The translations under genes and the position numbers were made by a program. 20,000 nt of DNA from positions 109,710 through 129,709 of the forward strand of contig NZ_SMNA01000015.1 of the NCBI RefSeq assembly GCF_004353825.1, in the 5' to 3' direction. Source of the DNA: Occultella glacieicola (lineage in GTDB: Bacteria > Actinomycetota > Actinomycetes > Actinomycetales > Beutenbergiaceae). This document shows positions 1 to 8,247 of the stretch, one piece after another (position 1 is the first letter of the stretch; each line of letters starts with the position of its first letter). The notes under the pieces were generated by a model, which saw only the letters and a list, made by a program, of their open reading frames with translations, ran no database searches and was not told where the DNA came from.

Positions 1-344
1 TGCCCGGCGGGCGGCTGCTGATCGACACCCCGGGCCTGCGCTCGGTCGGGATCGTCGCCACCGAGGAGGCGGTGGCCGCCACCTTCGAGGACATCGAGGC
101 GCTCGTCGCACTGTGCCGGTTCAACGACTGTGCGCACGAGCAGGAGCCGGGCTGCGCCGTCGTCGCGGCACTCGACGCCGGCGAGCTCAGCGAGCGACGG
201 TTCACCTCCTGGCGCAAGCTCCAGCGGGAGGCGCGCCGGCAGGCCGCCCGGGCCGACCAGCGGGTCGCCGCCGAGCAGCGACGCCAGTGGCGCACCCGGG
301 AGCGTTCGTCCCGGGAGGCAGCCAGGCAGCGGGCGCGGCGCTGA
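1..344 (+). CDS. rsgA: Ribosome small subunit-dependent GTPase A, 3' part (truncated by window start)
   Basis: The frame from base 3 reads PGGRLLIDTPGLRSVG...F..I......CRFNDCAHEQEPGCAV, i.e. the G3 motif DTPG plus the RsgA zinc-finger CxFxDCxHxxEPGC. Stop TGA at 342-344. Confidence 0.93.
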   Translation, partial: PGGRLLIDTPGLRSVGIVATEEAVAATFEDIEALVALCRFNDCAHEQEPGCAVVAALDAGELSERRFTSWRKLQREARRQAARADQRVAAEQRRQWRTRERSSREAARQRARR

Positions 345-362
345 CCCTCGAGGCCGCAGCCC

Positions 363-395
363 CCCCGTTGAACGTTCCATGACCCTCCGGTGAAC
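363..395 (-). promoter_or_regulatory. Putative PHO-box-like operator (three 11-nt direct repeat units)
   Basis: TGAAC (369-373), TGACC (380-384) and TGAAC (391-395) occur at an exact 11-bp period. The minus strand reads GTTCACCGGAG-GGTCATGGAAC-GTTCAACGGGG, resembling the actinobacterial PhoP G(G/T)TCA 11-nt repeat unit. Confidence 0.6.
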
Positions 396-495
396 TCCGA
401 CGCGGAAGGTGCCCGAATCCCTTCCAGGTGTCACCGGAGGGCGCTACCGTGCCGGGTACCCCCTGTTGTCTGGATCACACAAAGGATGCCCCCAC

Positions 496-3400
496 ATGTC
501 ACCATCCTCCAGGGGCGGTCGCAGGCATGCGTTCCGTCCCATAGCTACGATCACGACGCTCGCGCTCGCGAGTCTCGGCGCCGCGGCTCCCGCGTTCGCC
601 GCCACCGAACCACCCGACAGCGACCCCGGCAGCGCCGCCGCGACACTCTCCTCGGGGGATGAGAGTGCCGCATTCGCGCAGACCGACGGCTCGATCTTCA
701 TCAGCGAGATCCACTACGACAACGCGGGCACCGACGCCCGCGAGTTCATCGAGATCCAAGCGCCGGCCGGGACGAACCTGAACCGCTGGAGCGTGGTGCT
801 CTACGGCGCCGACGGCGTCGCGTACGACACCTCGAACGTCCGAGGCTCGGCTCGCAACGGCACCGTTGTGCTGAACTACGGATCCGAGTCCATCGTCAAC
901 GGCACCGGTGGCGTCGCCCTGGTGAACCCCGACGGCGGCGTCGTCGAGTTCATCTCCTACGGCGGCGCGATCACCGCGGCCGACGGCCCGGCGGCCGGAC
1001 TGGCCAGCACCGACATCGGCGTGCAGCAGTCCGAGGCCGAGCGAGGCCTGACACTGCAGCGGATCGGCACTGCGTGGACCGGCCCGGTCGCCAGCACGCA
1101 GGGCGCGCCGAACCCCGAGCCGGAGCCGGAGCCCGAGGTCGAGGCGTTCATCAGCGAGATCCACTACGACAACGTCGGCACCGACGTCGGCGAGGCGATC
1201 GAGGTCCAGGCCACCGTGGGGGCGGACCTGACCGGCTGGACCCTGGTCCTCTACAACGGCAACAACGGCGGCCCCTACGACACCGACGCGGTCGGCGGCG
1301 TGGTTCCGGACGCCGGGGTGCTCGTCGTCGAGTACCCGGAGAACGGCATCCAGAACGGATCGCCCGACGGCGTCGCGCTCGTCGACGCGGACGGCAACCT
1401 CGTCGAGTTCCTCACCTACGAGGGCAGCTTCGCCGCCGTCGGCGGCCCCGCGGACGGCGTGACCGGCACCGACATCGGCGTCGAGCAGGGCTCCTCGAAC
1501 CCGATCGGGGAGTCCCTGCAACTGATCGACGGCGTCTGGACCGGCCCCGCCCCGGAGTCGTTCGGTGCCATCAACACCGCCGACGACCCGGGTGAGCCCG
1601 GCGAGCCCGGTGAGGACACGCACACCATCGCCGAGATCCAGGGCACCGGGGACGCCTCCCCGGTGGCCGGCCAGACCGTGACCACCACCGGTGTGGTCAC
1701 CGCGGCCTACCCGACCGGCGGCTTCGACGGGTACTACCTGCAGACCGCGGGCAGCGGCGGCGATGCCGATCCGAGCACCCGGACCGCCTCCGACGGCGTG
1801 TTCGTGTACTCGGCGGCGACGGTCGGTTCCGTGCAGGTCGGCGACCACGTCCAGGTGACCGGCTCGGTCGTGGAGTTCAACGGCCTCACCGAGATCACCG
1901 TCGGCGCCGGTGGCGCCGTGGTGCTGGACACCCCGGCCGAGGCGGTCAAGCCGATCGAGGCGTTCGCCCTGCCCGGCACGGACGCCGAGCGGGAGGTCTT
2001 CGAGGGGATGCTCGTCGCCCCCGTCGCCGACTACGTGGTCTCCGACACCTACGCCCTCGGCGGGTGGGGTACCAGCGCGTTCGGGTCCATCGGGCTCGGC
2101 CTCGGTGGCCCGCTCGTCCAGGAGACGGATGTCGCCCTGCCCGGCACGCCCGAGTTCGACGCGGTCGCCGCCGACAACGCGGCCCGCGCCATCACCCTCG
2201 ACGACGGGCAGTCCGCCCGTACCGCGACCAGCGCGAACGTGCCCTACCTGACCGGAGCGCCGAACGTGCGCACCGGCGCCGGGCTCACGTTCTCCGCCCC
2301 GGTCATCGTCGACTTCCGGTTCCAGTGGAACTTCCAGCCGACGGCCCCGGTCGACGGCAACGCCGACGACGTGGTGCTGTTCAACACGGGCAACACCCAG
2401 GAGGCGAACGCCACCCCGCAGGACGTGGGCGGTGACCTGAGTATCGCGACGTTCAACGTGCTGAACTACTTCACCACCCTCGGCACGGACCTGCCCGGCT
2501 GCGTGCCCTACACCGACCGGGACGGCAACCCGATCACGGTCAACACCGGGTGTGACGCCCGTGGCGCCTGGGACGAGGCGAACCTGCAGCGTCAGCAGGA
2601 CAAGATCGTCGCGGCCATCAACGGCCTCGGCGCGGACGTGGTCTCCCTCGAGGAGATCGAGAACTCGGCGCAGTTCGGGCAGGACCGGGACGCCGCGCTC
2701 GCGGCCCTCGTCGACGCCCTGAACGCCGACGCCGGGGCCGGCACCTGGGCGTTCGCGCCCTCGCCGGCCGTGCTGCCGGACCTGGCCGACCAGGACGTCA
2801 TCCGGAACGCGTTCATCTACCGGCCGGCGAGCGTGGAGCTCGCCGGGGACTCGGTCGTGCTCGTCGGCTCGGCCGCGTTCGACAACGCCCGCGAGCCGCT
2901 CGCCCAGGCCTTCACCGCCGTCGGCAGCGACTACACCTTCATCGCCGTCACGAACCACTTCAAGTCCAAGGGTGGCGACTGCGGCGACCTGCCGGAGGGC
3001 TGCTTCGACGCGGACCGGGTGGCCCAGGCGCAGGCGCTGACGGCGTTCGCGCAGGACGTGGCCGACGCCGCCGGGGTGGAGGACATCTTCCTGCTCGGTG
3101 ACTTCAACTCCTACGGAGCGGAGAACCCGGTCGTCGCGCTCGAGGCGGCCGGCTACACCAACCTCAACACCGAGGAGACCACGTACGTCTTCGACGGCAA
3201 GGTCGGCTCGCTCGACCACGTGTTCGCCAACGCCTCCGCCCTGGAGACCGTCACCGGCGTGGACGTGTGGAGCATCAACTCGGTCGAGTCCGTGCTCGCG
3301 GAGTACTCGCGGTACAACTACTTCGCCAGCGAGCACTTCCAGCCCGGGACCCAGTTCCGGGCCTCGGACCACGACCCGATCATCGTCGGGATCGACGTGC

Positions 3401-5370
3401 CGGAGGATGTCACGCCCACGGTGGACATCAACCTCCTCTCGATCAACGACTTCCACGGTCGGATCGAGGCGGGCGGCGAGTCCGCGGGCGGTGCCGTGCT
3501 GTCCTGCGCGGTCGACACGTTCCGCGCGCAGAATCCGAACACCCTGCTCGTCTCCGCCGGGGACAGCATCGGGGCGTCGACGTTCACCTCGTTCATCGCC
3601 GGCGACCAGCCGACGATCGACGTGCTGAACACGATCGGCCTGGACGTCTCCGCGTTCGGCAACCACGAGTTCGACCAGGGTCAGGACGACGTGAACGACC
3701 GGGTGATCCCGGCGTCGAACTGGCCGTACGTGGCCGCGAACATCGTGGACGCCAACGGTGACCCGGTGTACGACCCGTACACGATCCTCGACGTCGACGG
3801 CATCTCGGTCGGCTTCATCGGTGCGATCACCGAGGAGATGCCGGCCCTGGTCTCCCCGGCCGGCATCGAGGGCCTCACCTTCAGCGACATGGGTGAGGCG
3901 GTCAACTCGTACTCGGCGCAGCTCTCCGACGGCGACGACGCCAACGGCGAGGCGGACGTGATCGTGGTGCTCGTGCACGACGGCGCGTCGTCCCCGGACC
4001 TGGCCAGCGCCGACGGCACCCCGTACGGCGACCTGGTCGCCGGCGCGGACGCCAACATCGACGCGATCATCTCCGGGCACACCCACCAGGCCTACGTCCA
4101 CGACGTCGACGGCCTGTGGGTGACCCAGACCGGCCAGTACGGCGAGCGGCTGGGCCACCTGGAGTTGACCGTCGACCGCGCCTCCGGTGAGGTCACGGCC
4201 GCCACCGCCGAGAACGTGGACCTGGTCCCCGTTGCCGGCAACCCGACGGCGACCCCGCCGATCCCGCGGGAGACGTTCTGTGCGGGTGACCCCGAGGTCC
4301 AGACGATCATCGACGAGGCGGTGGCCGTCGCCGACGAACTCGGCGCCGTCCCGCTCGGCGAGATCACGGCGGACTTCAACCGGGCCCGCCAGAGCAACGG
4401 CTCGGAGAACCGCGGCGGCGAGTCCACCCTGGGGAACTTCGTGGCGGACGTCCAGCTCTGGGCGGCGCAGCGGACCAACCCGAACGCGCAGATCGCCATG
4501 ATGAACCCGGGCGGGCTGCGGGCGGACATGACGTACGCCGCCTCCGGCAACGAGGGCGACGGCGTGCTCACCTACCGCGAGGCGGCGATCGTCCAGCCGT
4601 TCGCGAACACCCTGGTCACCACCGTGCTCACCGGTGACCAGATCGCCCAGGTGCTCGAGGAGCAGTGGCAGCCCGCCGCGGCCTCCCGCCCGTTCCTGCG
4701 GCTCGGTGTGTCGGCGGGCTTCACCTACACCTATGACCCGAACGCCGCAGCCGGCGAGCGGATCCTGGAGATGACCCTGAACGGCGAGCCGATCGACCCG
4801 GCCGCGCAGTACACGGTCGTGGTGAACTCGTTCCTGGCCTCCGGTGGTGACAACTTCGCCACCCTGGCCGAGGGCACGAGCACCGCCGACTCCGGTCAGA
4901 GCGACCTGGTCGCCATGGTGGACTACATGGCCGAGTTCGGTTCGGCTTCGCCGGACCTGGCCCAGCGCGCCGTCGGCGTCAGTTGGGTCTCGGACCCGGC
5001 GGCCGAGTACGCGGCCGGTGACGAGATCGCCCTGGACCTGTCCTCGCTGGCCTTCTCTGCCGGTGAGCCGGTTCCGGCGGAGGTCGCGATCACCCTCGGC
5101 GGTCAGCAGGTCGGGACCGCTGCGGTGGATCCGGCCATCGTGGACACCACCGACGAGGTCGGCCGGGCCCAGGTACGGGTGACCGTGCCCGAAGGTCTGG
5201 AAGGCACCGTCGACCTCGTCATCACCGATGACAACGGCACCTCGGTGACCACCCCCGTCACGGTGGCGGCCGACGAGGAGCCCGAGGAGCCGACGAACCC
5301 GTGGGAGGCGTTCGCCCGCTTCCTGTGGGCGCTGCTGAAGTTCCTGTTCCCGTGGTGGCCGTGGCCGTGA
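496..5370 (+). CDS. Secreted ExeM/NucH-family endonuclease fused to a 5'-nucleotidase, with two N-terminal lamin-tail-like domains and an OB fold (1624 aa)
   Basis: SD-like AAAGGA at 481-486 precedes ATG 496. Signal peptide ends ...GAAAPAFA. There are two FISEIHYDN domains and an OB fold (TIAEIQG...GVVTA). EEP motifs: FNVLNYF, EEIEN, NHFKSK, GDFNSY, SLDH, SDHDP. Calcineurin-like 5'-NT motifs: NDFHG, AGD, GNHEFD, GHTH. 5'-NT C-domain motifs: ESTLGNFVAD, NPGGLR, QPFAN, FLASGGDNF. Confidence 0.93.
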   Translation: MSPSSRGGRRHAFRPIATITTLALASLGAAAPAFAATEPPDSDPGSAAATLSSGDESAAFAQTDGSIFISEIHYDNAGTDAREFIEIQAPAGTNLNRWSVVLYGADGVAYDTSNVRGSARNGTVVLNYGSESIVNGTGGVALVNPDGGVVEFISYGGAITAADGPAAGLASTDIGVQQSEAERGLTLQRIGTAWTGPVASTQGAPNPEPEPEPEVEAFISEIHYDNVGTDVGEAIEVQATVGADLTGWTLVLYNGNNGGPYDTDAVGGVVPDAGVLVVEYPENGIQNGSPDGVALVDADGNLVEFLTYEGSFAAVGGPADGVTGTDIGVEQGSSNPIGESLQLIDGVWTGPAPESFGAINTADDPGEPGEPGEDTHTIAEIQGTGDASPVAGQTVTTTGVVTAAYPTGGFDGYYLQTAGSGGDADPSTRTASDGVFVYSAATVGSVQVGDHVQVTGSVVEFNGLTEITVGAGGAVVLDTPAEAVKPIEAFALPGTDAEREVFEGMLVAPVADYVVSDTYALGGWGTSAFGSIGLGLGGPLVQETDVALPGTPEFDAVAADNAARAITLDDGQSARTATSANVPYLTGAPNVRTGAGLTFSAPVIVDFRFQWNFQPTAPVDGNADDVVLFNTGNTQEANATPQDVGGDLSIATFNVLNYFTTLGTDLPGCVPYTDRDGNPITVNTGCDARGAWDEANLQRQQDKIVAAINGLGADVVSLEEIENSAQFGQDRDAALAALVDALNADAGAGTWAFAPSPAVLPDLADQDVIRNAFIYRPASVELAGDSVVLVGSAAFDNAREPLAQAFTAVGSDYTFIAVTNHFKSKGGDCGDLPEGCFDADRVAQAQALTAFAQDVADAAGVEDIFLLGDFNSYGAENPVVALEAAGYTNLNTEETTYVFDGKVGSLDHVFANASALETVTGVDVWSINSVESVLAEYSRYNYFASEHFQPGTQFRASDHDPIIVGIDVPEDVTPTVDINLLSINDFHGRIEAGGESAGGAVLSCAVDTFRAQNPNTLLVSAGDSIGASTFTSFIAGDQPTIDVLNTIGLDVSAFGNHEFDQGQDDVNDRVIPASNWPYVAANIVDANGDPVYDPYTILDVDGISVGFIGAITEEMPALVSPAGIEGLTFSDMGEAVNSYSAQLSDGDDANGEADVIVVLVHDGASSPDLASADGTPYGDLVAGADANIDAIISGHTHQAYVHDVDGLWVTQTGQYGERLGHLELTVDRASGEVTAATAENVDLVPVAGNPTATPPIPRETFCAGDPEVQTIIDEAVAVADELGAVPLGEITADFNRARQSNGSENRGGESTLGNFVADVQLWAAQRTNPNAQIAMMNPGGLRADMTYAASGNEGDGVLTYREAAIVQPFANTLVTTVLTGDQIAQVLEEQWQPAAASRPFLRLGVSAGFTYTYDPNAAAGERILEMTLNGEPIDPAAQYTVVVNSFLASGGDNFATLAEGTSTADSGQSDLVAMVDYMAEFGSASPDLAQRAVGVSWVSDPAAEYAAGDEIALDLSSLAFSAGEPVPAEVAITLGGQQVGTAAVDPAIVDTTDEVGRAQVRVTVPEGLEGTVDLVITDDNGTSVTTPVTVAADEEPEEPTNPWEAFARFLWALLKFLFPWWPWP

Positions 5371-5417
5371 TGAGCCTGGGCTGGGCCTTCTGGAGTTCCT
5401 AGCCCGGTAGGCAGACC

Positions 5418-5456
5418 CGGACGCCCGGTCCCCGTCAAGCGGGGGCCGGGCGTCCG
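5418..5456 (+). terminator. Probable intrinsic terminator hairpin after the nuclease gene
   Basis: CGGACGCCCGGTCCCCG-tcaag-CGGGGGCCGGGCGTCCG forms a 17-bp stem with one G-U and no U-tract. A weaker hairpin precedes it at about 5376-5407. Confidence 0.7.
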
Positions 5457-5604
5457 CACGTGTGCGCCCCGTACCCCTGCGTCCTGGCCCGTCACAGCCG
5501 CTCGACTCAGTCACCGGCCCCTCGAATCAGTCGGCGCAGAGGGGCGTGCCGACTGACTCGAGGGCTTGGCGACTGACACCGCCGGGACCGGTAGGTTCGG
5601 GAGC

Positions 5605-5964
5605 GTGGCACGACGGCGGATCAGCACCGAGCAGGGTGAGGCGGCACTGTCCGCGTGGCGGGCCGGGGGCGCGCGGACGGCGCCGGCCGAGGTCCGTACG
5701 GCGGTCCGGTACTGCCTCGAGGAGCTCGGCGAGGTGGCGCCCGGCAACTCGGTCGAGGTGCGGGTCCCGCCGGCCGGGGTGGTCCAGGCCATCGAGGGCC
5801 CGCGGCACACCCGCGGCACACCGCCGAACGTCGTCGAGATGGACGGCCAGACCTGGCTCGGTCTGGCCACCGGCGAGCTGACCTGGGCCGACCAGGTTGC
5901 CGCCGGCCGGGTCCGGGCGTCCGGGCAGCGCGCCGACCTGACCGGGGTGCTCCCACTGTTCTGA
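5605..5964 (+). CDS. Sterol-carrier-family protein (bacterial SCP orthologue), 119 aa
   Basis: Contains the family-typical APGNSVEVRVPP...VQAIEGPRHTRGTPPNVVEMD..TWLGLATG..W....GRVRASGQRADL. This family commonly lies upstream of purF in actinobacteria. GTG 5605 was chosen because it sits 7 nt after TAGGTT. Confidence 0.85.
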   Translation: MARRRISTEQGEAALSAWRAGGARTAPAEVRTAVRYCLEELGEVAPGNSVEVRVPPAGVVQAIEGPRHTRGTPPNVVEMDGQTWLGLATGELTWADQVAAGRVRASGQRADLTGVLPLF

Positions 5965-6061
5965 GCTGCCCGGGTCGGCCGGGGCGCGAGCGCCGTTATC
6001 CGCCGGTCTCTGCCGGTCTCGGCCGTTCGGTGCCGCGGTGGCCGCGCGGTACCGTCGGGGC

Positions 6062-6658
6062 ATGAGCACGTTGGAACAGGGCGATCACGAGCCCGAGGGC
6101 GAACGGGAGCCGATCCCGCCGCTTCCCGGTGCGCCGGCCGAGCAGGACGAGGCCGCGCCCGTCGAGGGGGGCGACGCGGGCGGCCAGGACGACGCCGTCG
6201 AGGAGGGCGCGCCCGTCGAGGAGGGCGACGCCTCGCCGGCCGACCCACCCGCCGTATTGGCCCCCGACGTGATCGGCGAGCGGAACGACACGTCTCTCGA
6301 GCCGGCAGCCGGGACGGATCCCGGCGTCGTCCCCCAGGAAGAGGAGCCGCCGGCCTGGGCCGGTTCCGCCGAACGGATCTCGGACCCCACCACCCTGGAC
6401 CTCGCCGCGATCGCGGACCGTCGCCGGGTCCGGCGCGCACCCCGGTTCGGCCGGTTCGCCGGGTTCGGCGTCGCCCTCGGGGTCATCATCGCGTTCGCGC
6501 TGTCCCGGATGGGTGTCCCCACCGAGTACCTCGACCGTGGTGGCATGTTCCTCCTCCTGGTGGCACTGCTCGCCCCGTTCTGCGCTCTGGTCGCGTGCCT
6601 GATCGCGGTGCTGTTGGATCGGACCCACAAGCGTGACCTGAGGGCCGAACCGCACTGA
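6062..6658 (+). CDS. Hypothetical membrane protein with an acidic disordered N-terminus and two C-terminal TM helices (198 aa)
   Basis: An E/D/P/A-rich N-terminus is followed by RVRRAPRFGRF and two hydrophobic segments (FAGFGVALGVIIAFAL; MFLLLVALLAPFCALVACLIAVLL). ATG 6062 lies 6 nt after TACCGT. Confidence 0.75.
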   Translation: MSTLEQGDHEPEGEREPIPPLPGAPAEQDEAAPVEGGDAGGQDDAVEEGAPVEEGDASPADPPAVLAPDVIGERNDTSLEPAAGTDPGVVPQEEEPPAWAGSAERISDPTTLDLAAIADRRRVRRAPRFGRFAGFGVALGVIIAFALSRMGVPTEYLDRGGMFLLLVALLAPFCALVACLIAVLLDRTHKRDLRAEPH

Positions 6659-6718
6659 GCCCGGTGCGGCGGCGACGCCGGCCCGACCCCGCACCGACCC
6701 ATCCCGGAGGAGCCCGAC

Positions 6719-8200
6719 GTGCCTCGTCGAACCGTTCACCTCGATTCCGCGGCCACCCAGACCGTCGGCCCGGCCCTCGCCGAGATCCGGAGGGAGCTGG
6801 ACGTCCCCGGACCGTTCAGCGAGGCTGCGGTCGCCGAGGCCGAGGCAGCCGCCGCGGCGCCGCCGACCGGCGGGACGGATGCCACCGATGTCGAGTTCGT
6901 CACGATCGACCCACCCGGCGCGAAGGACCTCGACCAGGCGCTGCACCTGTCCCGCGAGGGTGACGGGTTCCTGGTCCGGTACGCGATCGCGGACCCGGCG
7001 TCGTTCGTGACGCCCGGTGGCCCGATCGACACCGAGCTCGCCGACCGGGGGGTGACCTTCTACGGCCCGGACGGGGCGATCACCCTGCACCCGCCGGTGC
7101 TGTCCGAGGGGGCCGCGAGCCTGCTCGCCGATGTCGAACGGCCCGCGTGTCTGTGGGAGATCGGTCTGGACGCGACCGGTGAGATCACCTCGGCGAAGGT
7201 GTACCGGGCCAGGGTGCGCAGCCGCGAGCAGCTCACCTATGACGAGGTCCAGGAGCGTATCGACGCGGGCACCGCGAGCGAGTCCCTCGCACTGCTGGCC
7301 ACGGTCGGACCGTTGCGTCAGGAGCGGGAGCGCGCCCGTGGCGGCGTCTCCCTGGAGATCCCCGAGCAGGAGGTGGATGTCGACGACGGCGGCTACCGCC
7401 TCGCCTACCGCGCCACGTTGCCGGTCGAGGAGTGGAACGCGCAGATCTCCCTGCTGACCGGGATCGCCGCGGCCGCTCTGATGCGCGGCAAGCGGGCGGG
7501 GATCTTCCGCACCCTGGAGCCGGCCGACCCCCGCGACGTGACACGGCTGCGCCGGGCCGCCCACGGACTCGGCATCGACTGGCCCGAGGACGCCGGCTAC
7601 GGCGATGTCCTCGCGACCCTCGATGCGACGGTGCCCGCCCACGCCGCCTTCGCCCACGAGGCGACGTCCCTGTTCCGGGGCGCCGGCTACCTCGACTTCG
7701 ACGGGGACCTGCCGCCGAGCTCCGAGCACGCGGCGATCGCCGCCGAGTACGCCCACGTCACCGCGCCGCTGCGTCGGCTGGTGGACCGGTACGGGCTCGA
7801 GGTCTGCCTGGCCGCCAGCGCCGGGACCGACGTGCCGGACTGGGTGCGCGAGGCACTGCCGCGGCTCCCCAAGATCATGAACCGGTCCGGCCAGCGCGCG
7901 AACTCCTACGAGCGAGCCTGCGTGGACCTGGTCGAGGCGGTGCTGCTGCAGCCGCGAGTGGGGGAGATATTCGACGGTGTGATCGTCGATCTGCTCGAGC
8001 GCAGGAACAACGGTGCCGCCGCCGACGCGCCCGAGGCGAGCACCGCCGTCGGGCAGGAGGGCACCGTGGTGCTTGCAGACCCGGCCGTACGGGCGACGGT
8101 GACCGGCACCGACCTGCCGCTCGGGGAGTCGGTACGGGTCCGGCTGACCGAGGCCGACCCCGGCTCACGCACCGTCCGGTTCGAACACGGGGCCGACTGA
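6719..8200 (+). CDS. RNB-domain exoribonuclease (RNase II/R family, short actinobacterial type)
   Basis: SD GGAGGA at 6706-6711. Motifs FVTIDPPGAKDLDQAL, YAIAD and YAHVTAPLRRLVD, plus a C-terminal S1-like region. Confidence 0.9.
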   Translation: MPRRTVHLDSAATQTVGPALAEIRRELDVPGPFSEAAVAEAEAAAAAPPTGGTDATDVEFVTIDPPGAKDLDQALHLSREGDGFLVRYAIADPASFVTPGGPIDTELADRGVTFYGPDGAITLHPPVLSEGAASLLADVERPACLWEIGLDATGEITSAKVYRARVRSREQLTYDEVQERIDAGTASESLALLATVGPLRQERERARGGVSLEIPEQEVDVDDGGYRLAYRATLPVEEWNAQISLLTGIAAAALMRGKRAGIFRTLEPADPRDVTRLRRAAHGLGIDWPEDAGYGDVLATLDATVPAHAAFAHEATSLFRGAGYLDFDGDLPPSSEHAAIAAEYAHVTAPLRRLVDRYGLEVCLAASAGTDVPDWVREALPRLPKIMNRSGQRANSYERACVDLVEAVLLQPRVGEIFDGVIVDLLERRNNGAAADAPEASTAVGQEGTVVLADPAVRATVTGTDLPLGESVRVRLTEADPGSRTVRFEHGAD

Positions 8201-8247
8201 GCCCCGGCCGAGTTCGCCACCGGTGATGCCTGTGGGACCATGGTGGC

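Noticed and set aside
409..495. ORF-track N-terminal extension of the nuclease (GTG 409)
   Set aside because: The SD at 481-486 and the signal peptide support ATG 496, and the extension overlaps the putative promoter.
496..600. Possible Tat signal (GGRRHAF)
   Set aside because: It is a poor match to S/T-R-R-x-F-L-K. A Sec signal is equally plausible, and this cannot be decided by eye.
499..5514. 1671-aa ORF on the minus strand
   Set aside because: It is the antisense shadow of the nuclease gene. High GC3 codon usage removes stops from this frame, and the product is R/G/V-rich with no motifs.
8201..8247. Purine or ZTP riboswitch upstream of purF
   Set aside because: The gap is only 47 nt, has no aptamer consensus, and its layout fits a leaderless promoter.
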